Below, one piece after another: positions 42,398-52,377 of a stretch of 64,000 nt of DNA. Source of the DNA: Gammaproteobacteria bacterium (GTDB lineage: Bacteria; Pseudomonadota; Gammaproteobacteria; UBA4575); NCBI GenBank assembly GCA_965243395.1, contig CBDEUS010000002.1:928001-992000 (forward strand), written 5' to 3'. The translations under genes and the position numbers were made by a program. The notes below the pieces were generated by a model that did no database searches, was not told where the DNA came from, and worked only from the letters and a program-made list of their open reading frames with translations. Every line of letters starts with the position of its first letter. Position 1 is the stretch's first letter.

Positions 42398-43663
42398 TTA
42401 ATTAATACAACTTCTTTTAATTCCGTATCTACCAATACAATAAAATATAAAAAACATAATAAATAAAGCAATAGATAAAATTAAATGTATATAAAGCGTG
42501 TTGTGACCATATAAATACATTAAAACAGCTAAAATAAATAACAGTACAAAAATTAGTATCATCGAAATTAAACGTAACACCAAGTCAAATGAGGTATGTA
42601 AAGCTTGATAAAAACCTAAAAAAAGTGACGCACACTGACTAATGGCAATAATAATCATATATAGCATTAGACCTGAATATGAATCTGGCAGTATAAATTC
42701 TGTTATATATGCGTAGATAATAGTTAAAAATAGAATACCTAGTCCATACACTCTTAAGCTTTTTGACGCTTCTGTAATTCTATTTTGTAATTCAAAATAA
42801 TCACCATTTGCTAATAATTTTAAAACTATAGGTGTATTTTGAGCTATTATTGCAGATCGTGCAGCTTGAAAGGGTACGATAACTTTAAGTGATATTGCTA
42901 ATACTGCTGCTTCTTTAAGTTCGCCCAAACTTCGCAAAAATGGAATTATTCCGCTCTGAAATAAGGACACAAGCAAAGTCAATATAACGTATGACAAATG
43001 ATCATAATGTGTACTGATTACGTCACGTGCTTTAATCTCTGTATCTTCGAATTTAAATTTTTTACTACTAGTACCCTTAAATTCTAATTTAATTAGTATG
43101 AACGATAATGTGCTAGACAGAATTAGGGACATCGTAACTAATATCAAAACTAAATTAAGATTTAATGGAAAAATTATATAGAGAATAATCGTAGATAAAT
43201 GTGGTAGAACACCTCCTACAAAAATTGACCATCTCTGAATCTCAATACTTTTTAGTACTGTTTCTCCAAAACGTAGTAGAGATGTTAAGAGTGAGATCAA
43301 CATTACGAATATAATTTCGTAATTCAATAAATTTGTCAGCTTTAAAAATAAACCTAAGGCAAGCATGAAAATGCATGAAATTAGTATTATTTTTGTATAG
43401 TGCCATATCAAGAATTTTTTATGCCCTTTGCTTTGTAAACGAGGAATATTCCTCATACTAAGACCAGGACACCCTAACCCTAAAATAACAGCTATAATCG
43501 AAGCTAATGCGAGAACGGATGCATAAATTCCAAATTGACTGACACTTAATTTATTAGCAAGAATAATTATATTCAAATATGCTAGCAATATGCCCAATAT
43601 GCGGAGCGAAAAAATCTGAAAACTTAAGTCAAAATAACTTAGTACTTGTTTTGAAAAACTCAC
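42398..43663 (-). CDS. Wzx/MOP-family oligosaccharide flippase
   Basis: Many TM segments; N-terminal pattern ILANKLSVSQFGIYA..LGLG typical of Wzx; very AT-rich; last gene of the glycan cluster. Confidence 0.72.
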   Translation of the reverse strand: MSFSKQVLSYFDLSFQIFSLRILGILLAYLNIIILANKLSVSQFGIYASVLALASIIAVILGLGCPGLSMRNIPRLQSKGHKKFLIWHYTKIILISCIFMLALGLFLKLTNLLNYEIIFVMLISLLTSLLRFGETVLKSIEIQRWSIFVGGVLPHLSTIILYIIFPLNLNLVLILVTMSLILSSTLSFILIKLEFKGTSSKKFKFEDTEIKARDVISTHYDHLSYVILTLLVSLFQSGIIPFLRSLGELKEAAVLAISLKVIVPFQAARSAIIAQNTPIVLKLLANGDYFELQNRITEASKSLRVYGLGILFLTIIYAYITEFILPDSYSGLMLYMIIIAISQCASLFLGFYQALHTSFDLVLRLISMILIFVLLFILAVLMYLYGHNTLYIHLILSIALFIMFFIFYCIGRYGIKRSCIN

Positions 43664-45048
43664 ACAGATACTTCTATTCCATATTCAGTTGAATTTATAT
43701 TATATGTAGCACAAAGAACTTCATCCAAATTTTGATTATTTTTATTGATGTAATCCTCTACCAGAGCATCAACTTCAGATTTTGTAAATCCTTCATCACT
43801 TCCATAAAAATTATCTGTAACATATTCAGAATTTTTGTTTTTTAATATACCTAGATTTTGTAAATTAAACAGCGCATTAGCCAATAACTGTTTAAGATAG
43901 AATATATTAATTGTTTTTGTAACTCTTGCTTTATCTCTAAGTAAGTTTGACCATCCACCCTCATTTCTTTCGAGTATATGGCATAGCGCATAATAGGTTC
44001 TAGGTATGGACAATCCCAGATGAGTTGAAAACAGATCTCGCATGCCTATTTCAACTTGCTCCGTTTGCTGAATGAAAGTGTTATTTTGAATTGCATCAAA
44101 ATTATTAATAAACTTATCAGGTTTTACAAAGTTATAATACTTATAATGTTCACGCCAGTGGCCAGTATAATCATCCAATAAATCTAGGCAATAAACTCTT
44201 TTGCCCGCTAAAACACTTTCAAAAAAGGATGTTGAGAGAAACTGTGCAATGACATCTGTACCCGCAATTATTTTTGAGAAGGGTTCGTGTTGACTAATTT
44301 GGATATTATTTAACTCCAAAAGTTTAGAGTAAGCCTCTATGGGTTCGCCAGGATGTAGTCTTACAATAATATTACAAGATGGGTGATTCTTAGCAATCGT
44401 TTCAATAACATTATAGAATTTATTAAAAGCTTTAGAATAAAATTCCCTTAAGTTATATTTTTTATCATATTTATATACTTTAAGTATTTTTTGGTACTCA
44501 GTATCTTGTATATTTGCAAGTGTAAAATCAGAGACAAAAACAATTTTATTTTTTTTATCCTCTGAAGAGCTAATTGGAGATTCTTTAGTACGATTCAGTA
44601 AATCAAATTTCGGGCATCCAGTTATATATATGCGATTGGGATTAATTTTAGCTTTCTTAACTAACAGCTCTGCCAGCTTTTTACCCCATACAATGTGAAA
44701 ATCTACATCTCTGTTATATTCACTTAGTGCATTTAAATTTAACTTCTCGTTATAAAATCTCTTATCAAATAGTTGTTCACTATGCCACTTTACAAGCTTG
44801 GCATTACTAAAATACTTCCAGGCTAAGGTGTAGTGTGTCCTATTGCTATTATAAGATGGTGTAACAAGTATATTAGATTTTTTTTTAATTGTTTTAACAA
44901 ACTCAGTTCGACCATTAAGCCAAATAGGGTCTTGATATGTGGGGTGTAAATCTATTCCACCATTCTTCTCAAATAAAGATTTCAGTATTACTATATATGG
45001 TAATTCTCGAAGTTTAGTATCAATTTGTATAGTAATATTCTTTTTCAT
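43660..45048 (-). CDS. 'Surface carbohydrate biosynthesis' GT-B-like protein, candidate nonulosonic acid transferase
   Basis: DTKLRE, DFHIVWG, ITGCPKFD, VRLHPGE, STSFFES motifs resemble GT-B sialyl/Kdo-transferase-like families; lies between pseI and wzx. Confidence 0.55.
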   Translation of the reverse strand: MKKNITIQIDTKLRELPYIVILKSLFEKNGGIDLHPTYQDPIWLNGRTEFVKTIKKKSNILVTPSYNSNRTHYTLAWKYFSNAKLVKWHSEQLFDKRFYNEKLNLNALSEYNRDVDFHIVWGKKLAELLVKKAKINPNRIYITGCPKFDLLNRTKESPISSSEDKKNKIVFVSDFTLANIQDTEYQKILKVYKYDKKYNLREFYSKAFNKFYNVIETIAKNHPSCNIIVRLHPGEPIEAYSKLLELNNIQISQHEPFSKIIAGTDVIAQFLSTSFFESVLAGKRVYCLDLLDDYTGHWREHYKYYNFVKPDKFINNFDAIQNNTFIQQTEQVEIGMRDLFSTHLGLSIPRTYYALCHILERNEGGWSNLLRDKARVTKTINIFYLKQLLANALFNLQNLGILKNKNSEYVTDNFYGSDEGFTKSEVDALVEDYINKNNQNLDEVLCATYNINSTEYGIEVSV

Positions 45049-45161
45049 TAAATCTTTACAATATTTTATTCAGTCCGAATAAGCTTTTCTGATAATTTTT
45101 CAGAAGAATCTTTTTAAGTTTAGTAGACCAAAATAGTTTAGTCGCATTGACAAATAATCAA

Positions 45162-46229
45162 TTACTGATCATTTGTTATGTATGAAAGATTCATCGGTGT
45201 TCCCATTTTTAGATCACAATTTACTTTTTTCCCTATTAGCTCATTATAATACTTAGGCTCAAGTCCATACCCAGGGCGAATACATCTCATGTTCTCAGTG
45301 GTTAATATATTTCCTTTATTAATATTCTTTACGATGTAAATCGATCTTCTAAATTTCAAGGAATCCCTTTCAGAAGGTATTGGACCATATTTAACTCTTC
45401 CTAATGATTTATAACAACTATAGATCTCTTTGCATAAATTCTTGAAATTAACTTCATTAGCAGAGAATTCACTATCTACACTTTTTTCCGTTGTCGATAA
45501 ACTCAAGTGTTTTTCAATAACAACGGCCCCTAATGCAATACTCGCTACTGCAGCAGTTGTTCCAATTGTATGATCAGAATATCCTACCCAACACTTATAT
45601 TTATTCTTTAAGTCATTTATTGTTACCAGGTTCAAATCAATGTTTTCAGCAGGATATTTGCTGGTACATTTAAGTAATATTAAATCTTTGCATCCATTAT
45701 CTCTTGCACATTCAACAGCATCATTAACTTCATTTTCTTTTGCTAGACCTGTAGAAATAAATAATGGTTTTTGTGTCTTGGCAGCTCTACCTATTAAGGG
45801 TAAGTCTATATTTTCAAATGAAGCTATTTTATAGCAAGGCACATCCAAATTTTCTAAAAACTCAACAGCAGTCTCATCAAAAGGGCTGCTAAATGCTACT
45901 AATCCGAGTTCTTTTGCATAATCAAAAATCTCTTTATGCCATTCCCATGGAGTATATGCTTTGCTATATAAATCATATAAGTATTCTCCATGCCATAAAC
46001 TATCCTGAGAAGTAATTTTGAAATCATTTGTTTCAATTTTTAATGTCATTGTATCAGGGGTATAGGTTTGTAGTTTTATAGCTGATGCCCCTGATTCAGC
46101 AGCAGCTTCTACTATTTTCAATGCAACATCTAATGACTGATTGTGATTACCAGACATCTCAGCAACCACAAATGGTGGATGATTATCACTAATCACTTCA
46201 TCTAAAATTTTAATTGGTTCAACTTTCAC
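45162..46229 (-). CDS. pseI: Pseudaminic acid synthase
   Basis: AEMSGNHNQ, KLQTYTPDT, AYTPWEWH, KIASFE, SDHT, IEKH, VDSEFS, C-terminal SAF domain (RPGYGL). Confidence 0.88.
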   Translation of the reverse strand: MKVEPIKILDEVISDNHPPFVVAEMSGNHNQSLDVALKIVEAAAESGASAIKLQTYTPDTMTLKIETNDFKITSQDSLWHGEYLYDLYSKAYTPWEWHKEIFDYAKELGLVAFSSPFDETAVEFLENLDVPCYKIASFENIDLPLIGRAAKTQKPLFISTGLAKENEVNDAVECARDNGCKDLILLKCTSKYPAENIDLNLVTINDLKNKYKCWVGYSDHTIGTTAAVASIALGAVVIEKHLSLSTTEKSVDSEFSANEVNFKNLCKEIYSCYKSLGRVKYGPIPSERDSLKFRRSIYIVKNINKGNILTTENMRCIRPGYGLEPKYYNELIGKKVNCDLKMGTPMNLSYITNDQ

Positions 46230-46359
46230 TGTACTTTCTTTAATAAAGATAATATAAATTTAATGAAATAATTAATTGTTTTATATGCGTTAAAATATTC
46301 TTAAAAATCAAATCAGCTTATTTCAAAAAATTAACTATTACTACACATATTAATATTAT

Positions 46360-47001
46360 TTACTTTTCTTTATAAATATTTATGTAATATTTTTTTCCAC
46401 GACAATAAAAATATGCTGGATAACGTTCATTATCAACAACACGCAATAAATCAAATTGTTCCGATATACTTTTATCAGGATTCAATTTACTATCTTCAGG
46501 TACTCGCCGACGATAATAATTGCCTTTTTTGTCAATTTGTTTCTGCGGCTTTATTTTTCCAAATTCATTAACTGCTTTCGTCATTAATTCAAGCTCGCAA
46601 GTAAATAATTTTTGATTGATCTCTGGTAATAATTCATGTCCTTTCAGAACAAATCTCTCTTTTGACCATACTCTACCTTTGTCTATTTCGTCAGATGCTT
46701 CAATTAAAGAGACTGTTATTTCATTACTTCCCGAGATTACTTGCCAGATATGAGGAGACCAGCCTCTACCATCGGGTAAATCGCTTGCATGTAATAGCAA
46801 TGTGGCTTCAAATTTCTCTCTGTCTTTTTTTAAAAGGATCTCATAACAGGATACTAAAAATAGAATACTACCTTCGTCTAATTGCTCTTTTTTTCTTGCA
46901 ATTTGAACATCATGCCCATTTTCAGACATTATGTTCTTCCATTTTATTAACTCCTTATTTACAGGATGATTAGGGTCTGTACACAGGATTCGTATCTTCA
47001 T
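46360..47001 (-). CDS. Sugar N-formyltransferase (Fmt-like, PseJ-type candidate)
   Basis: HASDLPDGRGWSP formyltransferase motif, DKG, FDLLRVVDNERYPAYF. Start set at ATG 47001, just after the pseG stop. Confidence 0.78.
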   Translation of the reverse strand: MKIRILCTDPNHPVNKELIKWKNIMSENGHDVQIARKKEQLDEGSILFLVSCYEILLKKDREKFEATLLLHASDLPDGRGWSPHIWQVISGSNEITVSLIEASDEIDKGRVWSKERFVLKGHELLPEINQKLFTCELELMTKAVNEFGKIKPQKQIDKKGNYYRRRVPEDSKLNPDKSISEQFDLLRVVDNERYPAYFYCRGKKYYINIYKEK

Positions 47002-47005
47002 TACA

Positions 47006-48109
47006 TTACATCTGCATTGATTCAAGTACACGTTTATTGCCACTTCCATCAACTAATGAAAGCGCGGCATTTGACATTTTTTGTAACATTGTAAGATCCG
47101 ATAAAAATTTATTCAGAACCGTTGAAATAGAATAACTGCTAGTATTATTGTGATCTCCCAAATATATCGCTGCATGATATTTATGTAGAGATTTTGCAAT
47201 TAATTTCTGGTTTTCAGCCAAAGTGATTAGTAACGATGGAAGGCCGACACAGCATCTCTCCCAACTTGAAGTTCCAGCAGCACCAATGCATAAATCACTT
47301 TCTGCCATAAGAAGAGCCATATCCTCAATGTTTATTAAAACTTCCGTTTTCCATCTCATCTTTGCCGCCTGCTGTTTCACAGCACCAACCCATGGCGAGT
47401 GAATACCCATGACAATTACTATTTTGCAATCTCGTGACAAGTTACTATTCTGTATATTGTTTAGTATACATTCTGTTATATTATCCTTATCAACTCCACC
47501 TAAAGTAATCAGTAATTTTTCAAGTTTTGGAGTTTGTCTTCGTGAAATACTATTTTCCCTTTGTTCTGCAAACTCAGGACGTAATAAAGCATATTGTGAT
47601 CCAATTAAACGAGTACACTTAGTTGGCGTTAGATTTTTATAATCATCTTTCGATCGTCCTAAATTTTGATCAAGCAGCAATTCGCAGTCATGGTTTCGAT
47701 TTGCTAAATCGTCGATTACCATAATTCGTTTGCAGTGTGGACGAAGAGCTTGTTCCCATGTCTTATCCAAAGCGTAATGATCGACAATAATCCAACTCAC
47801 AGGGCTTTCTGAAATTTTTTTTAAAATTTTCAGTGTTTCACTTGCATCAGAGTGTATGTCTGCACCTAACCATTGCTGATAATCAAATGGTTCAAATTTT
47901 GCGTTACGTGTTATTTGTTTTGGTATGGGTAAATCATGTGTTTCGTATCCTCTTTGCTTAATATAGTCCACCATATTTCCTTCATGAAGACGGCATATGA
48001 AACAGCAGGAAGCTCCATTTTCACTCAAAGTATCGGCTAATGTGAGACAACGCATTATGTGACCACTTCCTATGTGGATAGAAGCATCACATCGGAAAAC
48101 AACTAACAT
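47006..48109 (-). CDS. pseG: UDP-2,4-diacylamido-2,4,6-trideoxy-beta-L-altropyranose hydrolase
   Basis: FRCDASIHIGSGHIMRCLTLA, IVDHY, VIDDLANR, TLGGVD, AAGTSSWER, AENQ. Confidence 0.92.
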   Translation of the reverse strand: MLVVFRCDASIHIGSGHIMRCLTLADTLSENGASCCFICRLHEGNMVDYIKQRGYETHDLPIPKQITRNAKFEPFDYQQWLGADIHSDASETLKILKKISESPVSWIIVDHYALDKTWEQALRPHCKRIMVIDDLANRNHDCELLLDQNLGRSKDDYKNLTPTKCTRLIGSQYALLRPEFAEQRENSISRRQTPKLEKLLITLGGVDKDNITECILNNIQNSNLSRDCKIVIVMGIHSPWVGAVKQQAAKMRWKTEVLINIEDMALLMAESDLCIGAAGTSSWERCCVGLPSLLITLAENQKLIAKSLHKYHAAIYLGDHNNTSSYSISTVLNKFLSDLTMLQKMSNAALSLVDGSGNKRVLESMQM

Positions 48110-48111
48110 TT

Positions 48112-48801
48112 TTATTGAGTCTCGCTAAATTTTTCTAAAAAAATTGCTTGTGCTTTTTGAAAATCCTCAAGGTTATCAATATCAATTTGGAAATTTTTAT
48201 GAACTTTTAGGCGATTACCATAAAAAGATTTTTCTGTTAAGAAGGCATCTCTTCGGGCCCAATAAAAACTACCATTACTTACAGTGAAATCAGGAAACTC
48301 TTGTGATTTTTTGGTTTGAAATTCAGGCCACATACTCTTCCAGTATGCGCCATCTTGAACTAAAGCTTTTGAAGGGGGGAAATTATATGATGATACTCCC
48401 ATTACAAAATCTGCAATTGGCTGCGTATTCATTAATTTGTAGGAAGACATAAGTTCTTCATTGTTAAGAAAAAGTGCAGTAGCATATATACAGCAAAATG
48501 TATCTATGCTCTCATACTCTTTGCTTGTAAGTATTTGAGTGCACACCTCAACGACTGATGAATGATCTTGGGCCAGTTCTATTGGTCGATCGAGGATCTG
48601 TACAGAGTATTTTGATATTGTCTCAGCAATCTCATGATCTTCGGTAGATACGATTATCTCACTGAAAAGATTGCTTTTTTCTGCAGCCTCTATTGGATAA
48701 GCAATCATAGGCTTACCCATTACAGGAAGTATGTTCTTCTTAGGTAATCTTTTTGAGCCACCCCTTGCAGGTATAATTGCAATTGGTTTTTTTTCTGTCA
48801 T
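48112..48801 (-). CDS. pseF: Nonulosonate cytidylyltransferase (PseF/NeuA family)
   Basis: AIIPARGGSKRLPKKNI, VSTED, CCIYAT, DIDNLEDF. Confidence 0.85.
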   Translation of the reverse strand: MTEKKPIAIIPARGGSKRLPKKNILPVMGKPMIAYPIEAAEKSNLFSEIIVSTEDHEIAETISKYSVQILDRPIELAQDHSSVVEVCTQILTSKEYESIDTFCCIYATALFLNNEELMSSYKLMNTQPIADFVMGVSSYNFPPSKALVQDGAYWKSMWPEFQTKKSQEFPDFTVSNGSFYWARRDAFLTEKSFYGNRLKVHKNFQIDIDNLEDFQKAQAIFLEKFSETQ

Positions 48802-48806
48802 TTTAG

Positions 48807-49868
48807 TTAGTTTATATCTTCTATGCGTAACATGTGCCCAGCTGGAAGATCTTTATTCAATTTTAACTTGCTAACGGTTTCAAATTGATCAGGTGTTATA
48901 CCAAATCCTGGTCGTCTGAATTCGATTTCACATTCCTCTAAGCTTTTCCCAGCAATTGAGTTGTTAACCAAAAAAGCACTGCGTCTTAATGCATCACGTT
49001 TAGACTTCTCTTCTGAATGTAGTATTCTATTGTGTGAACCTAATGCGATTTCAACTTCACGTATTGTCTGAATAAAGTCAGTCATTTCGTTTGGCTCTAT
49101 AGACATAATATGCTCTACACTGCGTGTTGTTCTGTCTTCTGTAATCGTTTTTTCTATAAGGTTCGCTCCTAATGCAACCGCAGCTATATCCATTTCAAAT
49201 CCTGGTGTATGGTCTGAGAATGCGACAGGATATGGAAACATTTTTTTTAATGTTGAAATGATATTTAGGTTAATGCTTTCAATTCTTGCGGGGTAACCTG
49301 ATGGGCATTGATGTATAATAATGTTTTCGTTACCTTCCTCACTAATCACATTAATAGCTTTCCCAATTTCATCTATAGAAGCCATTCCTGTGTCAAGCTG
49401 TATACACATTCCTGTTTTTGCTGCACGTCTAATTAGTGGGAAATGATTTACATCGGAAGATGCAATTTTTATAGAATGGCATTGTAAATCAACGAGAAAA
49501 TCTACTTCATCGTCAAATCCAATTGTAGCAAAAAACGCCATTCCCAAACTATCGCTATATTTTTTTACTTCTTTCCATTCTGTTTTTTCTAGGTAGCGCC
49601 TTTTTAAAATATCATAAAGCGGCTCCTCTATTGTTTCCGTTTCCCCAGATGATTTATCCTTTAGAACTTCATAAGAAAACAACTGCTCTTTATCTGAAAC
49701 TAGTCTGTCAGGATCTAGTATTTGAACTTTAACTGCATCTGCTCCTGCTTGCGCAGCATGCTTTATTAGTCTCTTAGCAGAATCAATACCACAATGCGTT
49801 GGGCCGATTTCAAAAGTTATGAAACAAGGAGCGCCATCACCTATTTGTTTTGATCCTATGTGAAACAT
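48807..49868 (-). CDS. Second, divergent NeuB-family (N-acylneuraminate synthase-like) protein
   Basis: GADAVKVQ, KIASSD, FSDHT, AVALGA and a SAF-like tail; non-canonical FEIGPTH and IEKT motifs. Confidence 0.85.
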   Translation of the reverse strand: MFHIGSKQIGDGAPCFITFEIGPTHCGIDSAKRLIKHAAQAGADAVKVQILDPDRLVSDKEQLFSYEVLKDKSSGETETIEEPLYDILKRRYLEKTEWKEVKKYSDSLGMAFFATIGFDDEVDFLVDLQCHSIKIASSDVNHFPLIRRAAKTGMCIQLDTGMASIDEIGKAINVISEEGNENIIIHQCPSGYPARIESINLNIISTLKKMFPYPVAFSDHTPGFEMDIAAVALGANLIEKTITEDRTTRSVEHIMSIEPNEMTDFIQTIREVEIALGSHNRILHSEEKSKRDALRRSAFLVNNSIAGKSLEECEIEFRRPGFGITPDQFETVSKLKLNKDLPAGHMLRIEDIN

Positions 49869-49877
49869 TCTCTTATA

Positions 49878-51044
49878 TTATTTAATTGAGCGAGTAATGG
49901 CTTCAATCACTTGGTCTTGAGTTTCTTCTTTTAAGCCAGGAAAAATCGGGATGCTTATTGCTTCTTGATAGTATCGTTCTGCTTCAACAAAATCACCAAC
50001 CTTAAACCCCATTTTCATATAATAGGGTTGTGTATGTACAGGAATGTAATGCAAGTTCACGCCGATTCCTTTCTCTTTTAAATTTTCAAATATTTCCCGA
50101 TGTGATTTATTAATTTGATCTAATTTCAAACGAACTATATATAAATGTCGGCTAGAATGACTGTCGGGATGTTGCCATGGAATTGTTATTGGCAAGTCTA
50201 CGAGTAGGTTATCGTAGCGTTCTGCAATTTTACGTCTAGTTTTAACAAATTCATCAATGCGCTGCATTTGACTTATGCCTAACGCGGCTTGTATATCTGT
50301 CATACGGTAGTTAAACCCTAAATCTATTTGCTGATAATACCAACCACCATCAGGTTTATGCGTCATTAGCTTAGGATCTCGGGTAATGCCATGATTACGT
50401 AGCAAAGCTAGTTTATTTGCCAGCGATTGGCAATTTGTTAAGGCCATTCCGCCTTCTGCAGTCGTGATAATTTTAACTGGATGAAAGCTGAAAACTGTAA
50501 TGTCACTAAAACGACAGTTTCCAATTGGCTCATTTTTATATTTTCCACCAATTGCGTGCGAAGCATCTTCAATGATGCTGAATCCGTATTCTTTGCTAAG
50601 TTGATGTATTTTTTCCATTTCACATGACTGGCCACTGAAATGAATAGGAATGACGATTTTAGGAAGTTTGCCAGTTTTTTTAGCAGCAGAAAGTTTTTTT
50701 TCGAGGTGATTTACACTGATATTATATGTGCGTGGATCAATATCTATAAAGTCAACGGTTGCTCCACAGAATAAAGCACAGTTTGCGCTTGCAACAAAAG
50801 TAATTGGACTTGTCCAAACAAGATCACCCTCGCTAGCGCCTAATGCAAGGCAAGCGATATGCAATGCAGAAGTTGCACTGTTCACTGCAACTGCATACTT
50901 ACTGCCACAATAGTCATTAACTGACTGCTCGAATGCTGGTACGGTCGGTCCTTGTGTTAGATAGTCAGATTTCAGGACATCAACAACAGCTTGAATATCA
51001 TCATCGCTGATAGACTGGCGGCCGTAAGGGATAAAGCTCATCAA
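49878..51044 (-). CDS. pseC: UDP-4-amino-4,6-dideoxy-N-acetyl-beta-L-altrosamine transaminase
   Basis: IPYGRQSI, LTQGP, NSATSALH, EDASHA, SFHPVKIITTAEGG, GFNYRMTD. Confidence 0.93.
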   Translation of the reverse strand: MMSFIPYGRQSISDDDIQAVVDVLKSDYLTQGPTVPAFEQSVNDYCGSKYAVAVNSATSALHIACLALGASEGDLVWTSPITFVASANCALFCGATVDFIDIDPRTYNISVNHLEKKLSAAKKTGKLPKIVIPIHFSGQSCEMEKIHQLSKEYGFSIIEDASHAIGGKYKNEPIGNCRFSDITVFSFHPVKIITTAEGGMALTNCQSLANKLALLRNHGITRDPKLMTHKPDGGWYYQQIDLGFNYRMTDIQAALGISQMQRIDEFVKTRRKIAERYDNLLVDLPITIPWQHPDSHSSRHLYIVRLKLDQINKSHREIFENLKEKGIGVNLHYIPVHTQPYYMKMGFKVGDFVEAERYYQEAISIPIFPGLKEETQDQVIEAITRSIK

Positions 51045-52039
51045 ATATTTCCGATTTTAGCTTTATTGATTTTTATCCATTTGCGTAATGTTTCGATACT
51101 CATCCAATCATCATTGGTATCACTAGCATATCTAAAGCTATCAGCAACCTGGATTCCATCTTTAATTCGCTTTGTATCTTGACTCCAATTATTAATGTTA
51201 GGAAGTATTTTAAAGTAGTTTGGGTATTCATAAGTATAGTTAGAATCTTCCGAGCTTATCATTTGTTCATGTAGTTTTTCACCAGGACGAATACCAACAA
51301 TATTATGTTTAGCATTTGGTGCTATAGCGAGTGCAATATCAGTTAGTTTCATGGATGGAATCTTCTTTATATAAATTTCGCCACCTTCCATATCCTCGAA
51401 TGAGTGCCATACTAATTCTACACTCTCTTCCAAGGTAATCATGAAACGTGTCATACGATCGTCAGTTATTGGTAAAGTACCAGCCTCAGCAATTGAGAGA
51501 AATAAAGGTATTACAGAACCACGCGAACCCATAACATTTCCATAACGGACAACAGAAAACTTTGTTTCTTTACCACCTGCATATGAATTCCCTGCAACAA
51601 ATACTTTGTCAGAAGCAAGTTTAGTAGCACCATAAAGGTTAACAGGACTGCTTGCTTTGTCTGTTGATAATGCAACCACACGCTTTACACCCTGATCGAT
51701 ACATGCATCAATAAGGTTCATTGCACCATTGATGTTGGTTTTGATGCATTCAAACGGATTATATTCAGCAATTGGTACAATTTTAGTTGCAGCAGCATGT
51801 ACTACATAATCAACCCCATCAAGGGCGCGATAAAGACGTTCTTTATCACGAACATCACCAATAAAAAAACGTATGCGATCCTCTCCTTGGAAATTTTTTG
51901 CCATTTCCCATTGCTTCATCTCATCCCTCGAGTAAATAATAATTTTCTTGGGATTGTATTTAGCAAGAGTCATTGGGGTGAACGTATGACCAAATGATCC
52001 AGTACCGCCTGTTACTAAAATTGTTGAGTTTGTTAACAT
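51041..52039 (-). CDS. pseB: UDP-GlcNAc 4,6-dehydratase (inverting)
   Basis: TGGTGSFG, SRDEMKQ, AEYNPFECIKTN, STDKA, YGATK, RYGNVMGSRGSV, GIRPGEKLHE. Confidence 0.94.
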   Translation of the reverse strand: MLTNSTILVTGGTGSFGHTFTPMTLAKYNPKKIIIYSRDEMKQWEMAKNFQGEDRIRFFIGDVRDKERLYRALDGVDYVVHAAATKIVPIAEYNPFECIKTNINGAMNLIDACIDQGVKRVVALSTDKASSPVNLYGATKLASDKVFVAGNSYAGGKETKFSVVRYGNVMGSRGSVIPLFLSIAEAGTLPITDDRMTRFMITLEESVELVWHSFEDMEGGEIYIKKIPSMKLTDIALAIAPNAKHNIVGIRPGEKLHEQMISSEDSNYTYEYPNYFKILPNINNWSQDTKRIKDGIQVADSFRYASDTNDDWMSIETLRKWIKINKAKIGNI

Positions 52040-52377
52040 GTTATATAAATTCAGCCTATATTGATAAAAATTTAATTTGATTAAAAATGTAATTCTGAGC
52101 TATTGATTTTTAACAAAATAAAAATTTTGAGTTAGTTTCATTTAAAGTAGGGTAGACTTTTGGAGTAAATATATCATCCAAGAAATTCAAACTATTTATT
52201 AGTATAGGTTATATTATTTTGAGAAAAAGTCTTACGAAGAAGGTTATGAAAGGCAATATATGGCTGACTAGAAATTATAGGCTTGCAAATTTGGCAGCAT
52301 TTTCTATATATAAATATACTCAACATTTCTTAAAAATTTTTAGATTGCGAGCAAGTCAGTTAGCGAGTATTAGGTTA

